Origin: Sphingomonadaceae bacterium | GTDB lineage: Bacteria > Chloroflexota > UBA6077 | Assembly (NCBI GenBank): GCA_050261575.1 | Contig: JBLNDL010000014.1 | Coordinates: 10,054 to 74,053, forward strand | Length of the DNA stretch: 64,000 bases | Direction: 5' to 3' | Shown: piece by piece, positions 18,432 through 26,986 of the stretch | How the letters are laid out: each line of letters opens with the position of its first letter | How positions within the stretch are numbered: the stretch's first letter is position 1 | Notes under the pieces: generated by a model | Seen by the model: the letters and a program-made list of their open reading frames with translations, nothing else | Database searches by the model: none | Told to the model about the DNA's origin: nothing | Translations under genes and position numbers: made by a program

Positions 18432-20069
18432 ATGCCGGAGAAGAAACCGACACCAGAGCAGTTGATGCAGGTGGATCACACGCCGCCCTCGCGGGACTGG
18501 ATGGACGCCCACGTCGACTTCCAGGCCAGGAGGGGCAGCTACTGCTACAGCGCGAAGCCGGAGATGCTCGAATATCTCGGCATGCCCAACCCTCGGAAGT
18601 GGCAGCCCTACGATGAGGACTGGAAGCTTCCCCCGGACTGGAGGGAGACGATCCTGGAGGGGATGAAGGAGAGGCTGGCGAAGTACCGCTCCTTCAAGCT
18701 CTTCATGGACATCTGCGTGCGATGCGGCGCTTGTGCAGACAAGTGTCACTACTTCGTCGGCTCCGGGGACCCGAAGAACATGCCCGTCCTGAGGGCTGAG
18801 CTGATGAGGTCGGTGTACAGGAGGTACTTCACCACCTCCGGGAGGCTGTTGGGACGTTTCGGGGGGGCGCGCGAGCTGACGGAGGAGGTGCTGAAGGAGT
18901 GGTTCTACTACTTCTACCAGTGCACCGAGTGCCGCCGCTGCTCCGTCTTCTGTCCCTACGGCATCGACACCGCCGAGATCACGATGATGGGGCGGGAGCT
19001 GCTCAATCTGGTGGGGGTGAACATCAACTGGATCCTGGAGCCTGCCGCCAACTGCTACCGCACCGGCAACCACCTGGGGGTCCAGCCGCACACCTTCAAG
19101 GACAACCTGGAGTTTGCCGCATCGGATCTAGAAGACATCACGGGGGTTAAGGTCGAGGCGCCGATCAACAGGAAGGGCGCCGAGGTGCTGGTGATCGTGC
19201 CCTCGGCAGACTACTTCGGGAATCCCCACTACTATACCTTCCTGGGCTACCTGGCGATCTTCCAGGAGATAGGGCTGGACTACACCTTCAGCGCGTTCGC
19301 GTCGGAGGGAGGCAACTTCGGCCTGTTCTCCTCGCACGAGATGGCGAAGCGGCTGAACGCTAAGATCTACGCGGAGGCCGAGAGGCTGAAAGTGAAGTGG
19401 ATCCTGGGGGGCGAGTGCGGCCACATGTGGAGGGTGCTGCACCAGTACATGGACACGCACAACGGCCCCGCCGACTTCTTGGAGGTGCCGGTCTCGCCGA
19501 TCACGGGAACAAGGTTCGAGCATGCCAGGTCGACGAAGATGGTGCACATCGCCGAGTTCACGGCGGACCTGCTGCGGCACGGGAAGCTGAAGCTCGACCC
19601 GAGCCGGAACGACCGCTGGCGGGTGACCTACCACGACTCCTGCAACCTCGCGCGGAGCATGGGGCTGTTCGAGGAGCCGCGCTACATCCTGAGGAGTTGC
19701 TGCAACCACTTCTACGAGATGCCGGAGAACACCATCCGGGAGAAGACCTTCTGCTGCGGGAGTGGCTCAGGATTGGGGACCGAGGAGAACCTGGAGATGA
19801 GGCTGCGGGGCGGGCTGCCCAGGGCCAACGCGGTGAAGCACGTGCACGATAAGTACGTCGTGAACCTGCTCGCCTGCATGTGTGCTATCGACAAAGCCAC
19901 TCTTCCGACGCTGATGGAGTATTGGGTGCCGGGGGTGGAGGTCGCCGGCGTGCACGAGCTGTTGGGCAACGCCCTCGTGATGACAGGCGAGAAGAAGCGG
20001 ACCACGGACCTGCGCTTCGAGCCTCTGCCGGGCGTGGAGGAGGCGGAGGGGGTGGAAGCCAATGTATGA
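18432..20069 (+). CDS. dsrK: DsrK, cytoplasmic FeS/CCG-domain subunit (HdrD-like)
   Basis: 545 aa; CVRCGACADKCH and CTECRRCSVFCP ferredoxin motifs; CCG-domain cysteines (CCGSGSG). Confidence 0.85.
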   Translation: MPEKKPTPEQLMQVDHTPPSRDWMDAHVDFQARRGSYCYSAKPEMLEYLGMPNPRKWQPYDEDWKLPPDWRETILEGMKERLAKYRSFKLFMDICVRCGACADKCHYFVGSGDPKNMPVLRAELMRSVYRRYFTTSGRLLGRFGGARELTEEVLKEWFYYFYQCTECRRCSVFCPYGIDTAEITMMGRELLNLVGVNINWILEPAANCYRTGNHLGVQPHTFKDNLEFAASDLEDITGVKVEAPINRKGAEVLVIVPSADYFGNPHYYTFLGYLAIFQEIGLDYTFSAFASEGGNFGLFSSHEMAKRLNAKIYAEAERLKVKWILGGECGHMWRVLHQYMDTHNGPADFLEVPVSPITGTRFEHARSTKMVHIAEFTADLLRHGKLKLDPSRNDRWRVTYHDSCNLARSMGLFEEPRYILRSCCNHFYEMPENTIREKTFCCGSGSGLGTEENLEMRLRGGLPRANAVKHVHDKYVVNLLACMCAIDKATLPTLMEYWVPGVEVAGVHELLGNALVMTGEKKRTTDLRFEPLPGVEEAEGVEANV

Positions 20070-20445
20070 CGGTGGGAAGATCGTCCCAGGGCTGATCCTC
20101 TTCCTGGGGTTGCTGTTGACGCCCTTCTGGTACAACGCCGGGGCGGGGCGGGCGGCTGCAAAGCCGGAGATCGTAAAGCCGGTCGACGAGAAGGCGTGCG
20201 TGGAGCCGGCGGAGTTCATGCGGGCCAACCACATGCGGCTGCTGATCGACTGGCGCGAGGACGCCGTGCGCGGCGGCGACCTGCTGTACGTGGCCGGCGA
20301 CGGGAGGAAGCACGACAAGAGCCTCAGCAACAACTGCATGAAGTGCCACTCCAACAAGGAGGAGTTCTGCGACCGGTGTCACGACTACGCCCAGGTTAAG
20401 CCTAACTGCTGGGATTGCCACACGGTCCCCAAGGAGGGGAAGTGA
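20062..20445 (+). CDS. dsrJ: DsrJ, periplasmic triheme cytochrome c
   Basis: 127 aa, N-terminal signal/TM, three CXXCH (CMKCH, CDRCH, CWDCH). Confidence 0.8.
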   Translation: MYDGGKIVPGLILFLGLLLTPFWYNAGAGRAAAKPEIVKPVDEKACVEPAEFMRANHMRLLIDWREDAVRGGDLLYVAGDGRKHDKSLSNNCMKCHSNKEEFCDRCHDYAQVKPNCWDCHTVPKEGK

Positions 20446-21245
20446 TGCGAGCGGACAGAAGGCAGTTCCTGAAGATTGCCGGGGTCGCTGTCCTGGGGCT
20501 GGGCCTCAAGGGTGGTGCGGATCTGCTGAATGGCGGCCGGCTCGTGGAGGCCTCGGTCGTCGGAGGCGTGCCGGGCCGGAGCCCCCGCGCGGGCAAGCGG
20601 TGGGCGATGGTGGTGGATCTGCCGAAGTGCTGGGAGGGCAAGGGGTGCACCGACTGCATCGACGCCTGCCACAGAGAGCACAACGTTCCCCACTTCGAGG
20701 AGCCGAAGAACGAGGTGAAGTGGGCATGGCAGGACCGTTACGAGGTCGCCTTCTCCGGCCAGGACCCGCGGCTGCTATCCCCCGGCCTCCGGGATAGGTC
20801 CGCTCTCCTGATGTGCAACCACTGCGACAACCCCCCGTGCGTCCGGGTGTGTCCGACCAGGGCAACCTGGCAGCGGGAGGACGGGATAGTGGCGACGGAC
20901 ATGCACCGTTGCATCGGCTGCCGCTACTGCATGGTGGCCTGCCCCTATGGGGCGAGGAGCTTCAACTGGATCGACCCTCGACGGGGTCTGGACATGGAGA
21001 AGGTGAACGCCGATTTCCCCACCAGGACGCGGGGGGTGGTGGAGAAGTGCACCTTCTGTGCGGAGAGGATCGACAGGGGCGGCGCCCCCGCCTGCGTCGA
21101 GGCGTGCCGGCAGAAGGCGCTGACGTTCGGCGACCTGAACGACCCAGCCTCTGAGGTGAGGAGGATCGTCGAGTCGCGGTACACCCTGGTGCGGCGGCCG
21201 GAGTTGGGGACCAGGCCGCAGGTGTACTACGTGGCCTCGCAGTGA
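20445..21245 (+). CDS. dsrO: DsrO, periplasmic Tat-exported 4x[4Fe-4S] ferredoxin-like subunit
   Basis: RRQFLK twin-arginine signal; CNHCDNPPCVRVCP, CIGCRYCMVACP, CTFCAERI FeS motifs; ATG overlaps dsrJ stop. Confidence 0.8.
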   Translation: MRADRRQFLKIAGVAVLGLGLKGGADLLNGGRLVEASVVGGVPGRSPRAGKRWAMVVDLPKCWEGKGCTDCIDACHREHNVPHFEEPKNEVKWAWQDRYEVAFSGQDPRLLSPGLRDRSALLMCNHCDNPPCVRVCPTRATWQREDGIVATDMHRCIGCRYCMVACPYGARSFNWIDPRRGLDMEKVNADFPTRTRGVVEKCTFCAERIDRGGAPACVEACRQKALTFGDLNDPASEVRRIVESRYTLVRRPELGTRPQVYYVASQ

Positions 21246-21252
21246 GGTAGAG

Positions 21253-22425
21253 ATGGTGGAGAAAGCGCTGAGGGGAAGCCGCGCGTATTGGGGCTGGCTG
21301 CTGTTCCTGCTCGCTGTGTCCGTGACAGGGCTCGGCTTCTACCTGTGGCAGGCCGCGACCGGCACCGAGGCATCGGGGCTGAGCAGGGACGTGCCGTGGG
21401 GCTTCTTCATCGCGAACTACACGTTCATGGTCGGGGTGGCAGCTTCGGCCGTCGTGGTGGTGATACCGTACTACCTCCACAGCCAGAGGGAGTTCGGCCG
21501 GATGATCGCGCTGGGGGAGTTCCTGGCCGTAGCAGCGGTGCTGACGACCCTGCTGTTCATCATGGCGGACCTGGGCCAACCCGGCAGGATGTTCAACATC
21601 CTCCTCTACCCGACGCCCAATTCCCCCTTCTTCTGGAATACCATCGTCCTGCCGGGCTACCTGCTGCTGAATCTGGTGATAGCCTGGTTCACCCTGGATG
21701 CCGAGCGGCACGACGTGCCGGTGCCCGGCTGGGTGAAGCTGCTGATCCTGGTGTCGATCCCCTGGGCGATCAGCATCCACACCCTTACGTCGTTCGTCTA
21801 CAGCGGGTTGGTGGCGAGGCCGTTCTGGAACAGCGCCATATTGACCCCCCGCTTCCTCGCCTCGGCCTTCGCCTCGGGTCCTGCGCTGCTGGTGATCCTG
21901 GCGCTGGTGGTGAGGCGTTACACCGGCTACGATCCGGGCAGCAGGGCCATAGAGAAGGTGGCGCTGATCGTCACCTACGCTGCCACCGCCAACCTGTTCC
22001 TGGTGCTGGTGGAGATCTTCGCAGTGGTGTACAGCAACGTCGCGGGGCACATGGAGCACTTCGAATACATGTTCTTCGGCCTCGAAGGGCGCGGCCAGTT
22101 GGTGCCATGGATGTGGCTCTCGGTGATCGTGGCGGTGGTGTCGGTCGCGCTGCTTATCGTCCCGCGGACTCGCAGGAACGAGAAGACGTTGCTGGCGGCC
22201 TGCGCGGGGGTGTTCTTCTCCACGTGGATCGACAAGGGACTCTGCCTCGTGGTGGGGGGATTCGTTCCCTCGACGCTCGGCAGGATCACGGAGTACCTGC
22301 CAACGGTGCAGGAGTGGGTGATCGCTGGCGCGATATACGCAGCCGCGGGGATGTTGTTGACGTTGCTGTACAAGGTGGCCATCGGCGTGAGACTGGAAGA
22401 GGAGGAGGTGCAGGAATGCCGATAA
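21253..22425 (+). CDS. dsrP: DsrP, NrfD/PsrC-type integral membrane subunit
   Basis: 390 aa, ~10 TM helices, NrfD-like topology. Confidence 0.8.
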   Translation: MVEKALRGSRAYWGWLLFLLAVSVTGLGFYLWQAATGTEASGLSRDVPWGFFIANYTFMVGVAASAVVVVIPYYLHSQREFGRMIALGEFLAVAAVLTTLLFIMADLGQPGRMFNILLYPTPNSPFFWNTIVLPGYLLLNLVIAWFTLDAERHDVPVPGWVKLLILVSIPWAISIHTLTSFVYSGLVARPFWNSAILTPRFLASAFASGPALLVILALVVRRYTGYDPGSRAIEKVALIVTYAATANLFLVLVEIFAVVYSNVAGHMEHFEYMFFGLEGRGQLVPWMWLSVIVAVVSVALLIVPRTRRNEKTLLAACAGVFFSTWIDKGLCLVVGGFVPSTLGRITEYLPTVQEWVIAGAIYAAAGMLLTLLYKVAIGVRLEEEEVQECR

Positions 22426-22733
22426 TCACTCTGAGGGGCCGGGACTTCGAGGTGGACGAGGACGGGTTCCTGGAGGATCCGACGATTTGGAACGAGGAGG
22501 TAGCTCGCTGCTTCGCCGACACCGAAGGCATCGCGGAGCTGACCGAGGATCACTGGAAGGTGATCAACTACCTGCACAACTACTACCAGCAGTACGGGAT
22601 CGCCCCGATGATCCGGAAGCTATGCAAAGACACCGGTTTCGATCTAAAATACATTTACCAGCTATTCCCCTCAGGCCCAGCCAAGGGAGCCTGCAAGCTG
22701 GCTGGTCTGCCGAAGCCCACCGGGTGCGTGTAG
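22416..22733 (+). CDS. dsrC: DsrC (TusE/DsrC family) with conserved C-terminal arm
   Basis: 105 aa ending ...GACKLAGLPKPTGCV (two conserved Cys in the flexible arm); RBS GGAGGAGG; overlaps dsrP 3' end by 10 nt. Confidence 0.85.
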   Translation: MPIITLRGRDFEVDEDGFLEDPTIWNEEVARCFADTEGIAELTEDHWKVINYLHNYYQQYGIAPMIRKLCKDTGFDLKYIYQLFPSGPAKGACKLAGLPKPTGCV

Positions 22734-22770
22734 GCCATCATTTCGGAGTTGAGGAGAACAGGGCAAGAGG

Positions 22771-22959
22771 ATGTACGTCATCACTATCAACGAGGATAAG
22801 TGTGAGGGCGACGGGGAGTGCGTGAGCACCTGCCCGGTGGAGATGTTCGAGCTGAAGAACGGCAAGGCCGTCCAGGTGGGCTCGACGGACGACTGCCTCG
22901 GCTGCGAGAGTTGCGTGAGCGTCTGCCCCAGCGGGGCGATCACGCTGCAGGAGATGTAG
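22771..22959 (+). CDS. small 2x[4Fe-4S] ferredoxin
   Basis: 62 aa; CEGDGECVSTCP and CLGCESCVSVCP. Confidence 0.7.
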   Translation: MYVITINEDKCEGDGECVSTCPVEMFELKNGKAVQVGSTDDCLGCESCVSVCPSGAITLQEM

Positions 22960-22973
22960 CCTAACGGCAACAG

Positions 22974-23000
22974 CGAAGGGGGGTGGAAGGCCCCCCTTCT
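22974..23000. terminator. GC-rich hairpin between the convergent dsr operon and the dsrMK-like operon (possible bidirectional terminator)
   Basis: CGAAGGGGGG-TGGAAGG-CCCCCCTTC followed by T-rich TTCTCGATTCC. Confidence 0.5.
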
Positions 23001-23006
23001 CGATTC

Positions 23007-24602
23007 CTACCACTCGAGATAGGGAGGGAGGTCGGACATCGCGTTCACGATCAACTCGGCCAGGCCGCCGTAGTGGAGGTTGTGTTTCTCCCCGATGCCG
23101 TAGAACTCCAGCAGCCCCCGCATCTGCCCCTTGCAGTTGGAGCAGGGGGCGCAGACGTACTTGGGGATGGATGGATCCATCTCCCCCTCGAAGGCTTCGA
23201 GTATCTGCTTCAGCTTCGTCCGGCCCGAGATCGCGTTCCGCCACTCGGGGAAGTTGAGCGCCTGCATGATTGCGAAGCCGCTGCCACCCCCGCAGCAGTA
23301 GTTCTCCACGCCGTGCGGGGCCATCTCCCGGAAGCGTGGGGCGATCCGCCGCAAGATCCTGCGCTGGGGCTCCACGATCCCCATCAGCCGCACGACGTTG
23401 CAGGGATCGTGGAGGGTCACCGGGAAGTCGTTTCGGCCGGGGTCCAACTCCAGCCTGCCGGAGGCGACGAGGCCGTCTAGCAGGGTGAGGCAGCTCTCCC
23501 TGGGCACGTTGTACTCGGCTGCGAATATGCGGTCGGCGATGACCGAGAGCGCCTTGTGGGCGTGGCCGCACTCGCCGATCACGATCTTCTTCACCTTCAG
23601 CTTCTTCGCCACCTGGGCGTGCCTGAGGGCGATGCGGGCGAACTGGACGTCGTCGTACCAGAGGCCGTAGTTGACGGCGTCGTATCCGAGCAGGTCGCTG
23701 GAGAGGGTGTAGCTTAGCCCTGCCCGTTCGAAGACGATGGCGAACGCCTCCGGGTTCTCCGGCCAGGCCACGAACTCGCCCGCATTGTGGAGCAGCAGGA
23801 TATCCGCCCCCTCCTTGTCCACCGGCCACTCGAAGCTGAGGCCGGTGCGGTCCGTGACGTCCTCCTGGAGGAACTCGATGTTGTTGGCCAGCGCGGCCGG
23901 TGTCATCCCCGTGCTGGAGCCGACCCGAAGCTGCTGGATCGTTCCCTGCTGGTGGATTTCCTTTGGGGCGATCCCCATCTCCATGCTGAACAGCTTCCTG
24001 ATCTCGTGGGCCACGAGCCCGTTGTCCACGCCGATGGGGCACGCCTGGGCACAGCGGCGGCAGAGGTTGCAGCGGTAGGCCAGCTCCGCCAGGCGGGCCA
24101 CGGTTCGCCAGTTCAGCTCGACTTCCGCGCCGGACAGCTTCGCCCTGAGCCTCCCCGCGGGGGAAAGGTACTTCCTGACGATACGGCGGAGGACCTCCGT
24201 GCGGAAGCTCGGGCGGTAGGCTGGGAGGCGGCCGCTGGCCTGGTAGACGTGGCAGGCGTCGGCGCAACTCTGGCAGCGGGCGCAGTTGTCCAGGGAGAGC
24301 ACGAGCGGCTGCCAGAAGGCCCAGTTGCTGTCGCGAGAGAGCAGCTTCCGAAGCCCTCGGAGGAAGCTCTCCACCAGCGTCCTCTCCGCCTCGGGCGAGC
24401 CCGGTTTGGGGATGGCGATGGCGGAGTAGCCATCCAGGGAGGCCTCAAGGGTCTTGCGGCGATCGGACCTGACCCCCTGCAGGGGGGGGAGTGGGGCCTC
24501 GCAGGGGAAGGGGAGCGGCATCAACCCCTCCGAGCGCGGCTGAAACAACGGGTCGGTCTCCCGACCGAAGTCCCGCTCGTTCAACTCGGGATAGCCCTCC
24601 AT
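23007..24602 (-). CDS. DsrK/HdrD-like FeS (CCG-domain) oxidoreductase, paralog 2
   Basis: CARCQSCADACH, CNLCRRCAQACP, CCGGGSGF; similar architecture to dsrK; ATG overlaps upstream stop (TGATG); RBS GGAGG. Confidence 0.75.
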   Translation of the reverse strand: MEGYPELNERDFGRETDPLFQPRSEGLMPLPFPCEAPLPPLQGVRSDRRKTLEASLDGYSAIAIPKPGSPEAERTLVESFLRGLRKLLSRDSNWAFWQPLVLSLDNCARCQSCADACHVYQASGRLPAYRPSFRTEVLRRIVRKYLSPAGRLRAKLSGAEVELNWRTVARLAELAYRCNLCRRCAQACPIGVDNGLVAHEIRKLFSMEMGIAPKEIHQQGTIQQLRVGSSTGMTPAALANNIEFLQEDVTDRTGLSFEWPVDKEGADILLLHNAGEFVAWPENPEAFAIVFERAGLSYTLSSDLLGYDAVNYGLWYDDVQFARIALRHAQVAKKLKVKKIVIGECGHAHKALSVIADRIFAAEYNVPRESCLTLLDGLVASGRLELDPGRNDFPVTLHDPCNVVRLMGIVEPQRRILRRIAPRFREMAPHGVENYCCGGGSGFAIMQALNFPEWRNAISGRTKLKQILEAFEGEMDPSIPKYVCAPCSNCKGQMRGLLEFYGIGEKHNLHYGGLAELIVNAMSDLPPYLEW

Positions 24603-25507
24603 CACTTCGCCTCCGAGGCCGCGTCGGCCCAACTCTCGTCGGGATCGATGTGGGGCGCGGACCAGCCGACCGGCCGGGCCAGGTTGGATCGCATGCGGTC
24701 CAGCATTCGGGGGTCGCCGAGGTTAGGGGCATCGTCCCAACGCACCTGGTGGTAGGTGAAGTACTTGGCGACGAAGTGGGTCATGTGAGTGAATGGCAGG
24801 TAGATCAGGAACAGGGCGGCCACGACGACCTGGGCGGCGACGGCGGGGCTCACGTGGGGCGGCGTGCCGAAGGTGAGCGCTCCCCGGAGGAACGCTCGAA
24901 GTTGGGAGAGGGAGGGGTCCGCGGTGAGCCAGGCGAACGCGGCAGAGAGGAAGACCGCGAGCAGGAAGATCAGGTTGACGTAATCCGCGCGCGTGCTGGA
25001 GTTCCTGAGCCGCGCGTCGGTGAGGCGACGGCGCAGTAGGGAGAGCGCCCCGAACGTGGCGGAGAGGAGCCCGGCGGCACCGGTGGCGTGGGTGAACCCA
25101 TCGAGGACGCTCCACCAGGGGGGCGGGTCGCCCGCGGGCTGCAGGGCGGCGCCTAGGACGAGCAGCAGGGTGAAGCCGAAGAGGAGGTAGATGCCGGCGT
25201 GGAACGGGAAGGAGGCGCACCAGTGGGGGCGATTGTGGTGCCAGAGGCTGCGGACGAGCAGCATCTCCTCCAGCATCGCCCGGATCTCTCCCGATAGGCT
25301 AGTGTCCCGGGGGCGGGTCCACCAGTCTGGATCCTCGAAGTAGGAGCCGCCGTGGTCTGCCTTGCCCTTTTCATGGGGCACGGGGTAAAGCTCCCAGCGG
25401 AGGTGCATCGGTGCGCGCGCGTACTTGGCGGCGGTCAGCGCGACGCCGGTGAAGAAGGCCAGGACCGAGATGTAGGTAAGCGCCAGCAGCAGCGACGGTC
25501 CGATCAA
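24602..25507 (-). CDS. DsrM/HdrE/NarI-like membrane heme-b protein, paralog 2
   Basis: 301 aa, 5-6 TM helices with conserved His; TTG start with RBS GGAGGA; translationally coupled to the downstream DsrK-like gene. Confidence 0.65.
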   Translation of the reverse strand: MIGPSLLLALTYISVLAFFTGVALTAAKYARAPMHLRWELYPVPHEKGKADHGGSYFEDPDWWTRPRDTSLSGEIRAMLEEMLLVRSLWHHNRPHWCASFPFHAGIYLLFGFTLLLVLGAALQPAGDPPPWWSVLDGFTHATGAAGLLSATFGALSLLRRRLTDARLRNSSTRADYVNLIFLLAVFLSAAFAWLTADPSLSQLRAFLRGALTFGTPPHVSPAVAAQVVVAALFLIYLPFTHMTHFVAKYFTYHQVRWDDAPNLGDPRMLDRMRSNLARPVGWSAPHIDPDESWADAASEAK

Positions 25508-25588
25508 TGGCTGTCCTCCGATGCTCGGTCGAGAGATGGGCTAGCGGGGGCGGAATCGGGCCACCAGAGTCAGTATACGGGGAATGGA

Positions 25589-25606
25589 GCAGCTTCGCAT
25601 GGGGCG
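25589..25606. promoter_or_regulatory. 18-bp perfect palindrome ATGGGGCGTACGCCCCAT upstream of the dsrMK-like operon
   Basis: Perfect dyad ~85 nt upstream of the TTG start at 25507, in the divergent region shared with coaX. Confidence 0.35.
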
Positions 25607-25964
25607 TACGCCCCATTTTGCGGTGGTGAGATCGCAGTATTGGCTTCGGGTAACCGGATCACGGTGGTCGACGCATGGCTTCCCCATTTACCCAGGCGTG
25701 GTCTTTCGCAGCAGTGCTCATCGAGAACGACCACCGCTGTCATCCACACGGGCTCAGCGGCGCTCCACTGCGATGCCATCGCCGGGCTTCGGCCCTCGGG
25801 GGCGGCTGTCTTCAGGTAGGCAGTGACGGCCTCTCTGACGCCGGACTCGAGTCCCAGGGGGAGAGGGGGGTGGGAGCGGGTGCCGGCCAAGTGGCGATCG
25901 AGTAGGGCTGTTGATATACTGAGATCATCTGGGGACGACGCCGTCCCGACCGGAGGACGCGAGG

Positions 25965-26756
25965 GTGCGAAGCGAGGAGAAGGACGCTTTGCTGCTGGCC
26001 GTAGACGTGGGGAACACCAACACCGTGGTAGGGGTCTTCCAGGGGGAGGAGTTGGTCGCCGATTGGCGGCTGGCCACCGACTCCCACACGATGCCGGACG
26101 AGTACGCCGTCCTGCTGTGGAGTCTGTTGGGCTACCGGGGCCTGAGCATGTCGCAGCTCGATGCCGCCATCATCGCCAGTGTGGTGCCGAAGGTGACGGC
26201 CAATCTGAGGGAGATGATCGAGAGGTACGTGCGGGTCGAGGCGCTGGTGGTTGGGCCTGGCATCGAAACGGGGGTTCGTATCGGGATCGACAACCCGAAG
26301 GAGGTTGGCGCGGACCGGATCGTGAACGCGCTGGCCGCGTACAGGCTGTACGGTGGACCCGCGATAGTCATCGACCTGGGCACAGCCACCACCTTCGATG
26401 CGGTTTCCGCCGACGGGGAGTACCAGGGAGGGGCGATCGCGCCGGGGATCCTGACCTCGGTGGAGGCGCTCGCGCGCCAGACGGCCAGGTTGCCGCGCGT
26501 GGACATGGTGAGGCCCGCGCACGCCATCGGCAGGGACACCCTGAGTGCGATGCAGTCGGGCATCATTCTCGGCCACGCCTCAATGGTGGAGGGGATGGTG
26601 CGCAGGATCGCCGCGGAGATGGAGGGCGAGCCTCGCGTCGTCGCGACCGGCGGGCTGTGCGCGGTGATGGCCGCCGAAGTGCCCCTCATCGAGGTGGCGG
26701 ACAAGAACCTCACCCTGAAGGGGCTGAGGATGATGTACGAGTTGAACAGGCGGTAG
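25965..26756 (+). CDS. coaX: type III pantothenate kinase
   Basis: LLAVDVGNTNTVVGV..., DLGTATTFD, Bvg accessory factor/CoaX family signature. Confidence 0.85.
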   Translation: MRSEEKDALLLAVDVGNTNTVVGVFQGEELVADWRLATDSHTMPDEYAVLLWSLLGYRGLSMSQLDAAIIASVVPKVTANLREMIERYVRVEALVVGPGIETGVRIGIDNPKEVGADRIVNALAAYRLYGGPAIVIDLGTATTFDAVSADGEYQGGAIAPGILTSVEALARQTARLPRVDMVRPAHAIGRDTLSAMQSGIILGHASMVEGMVRRIAAEMEGEPRVVATGGLCAVMAAEVPLIEVADKNLTLKGLRMMYELNRR

Positions 26757-26986
26757 GCAGGGCTGAGGACTGAGTGGTCCACCCCGCAGGCTCGGGGGAG
26801 CCGTCCAGTCACCCTGAGCGGGGCGAAGGGTCCCCAGTGTCGTGTGCACGCCATCCCGAGATAGCTGCCGAGGCCGAAGTACGCGTTCCCCACCGGAACG
26901 GTCGGCGTGAACAAAGGACGACTGCCCGGCAGGCGGGGCACACCACTCAGCACCCAGAACGCGAGACGACAAAGGAGTCCAGAGGC

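Noticed and set aside
22961-23006. Hairpin between convergent operons considered as a member of hairpin family H
   Set aside because: Its loop (TGGAAGG) is unrelated to the CGAGCGAGCGCAG loop. It is better explained as an ordinary bidirectional terminator.
26774-26986. N-terminal 71-codon extension of coaBC in the ORF track
   Set aside because: The conserved flavoprotein N-terminus begins at MLEGKKIVLGVTGS, preceded by AAAGGAG. The extension is His/Arg-rich leader.
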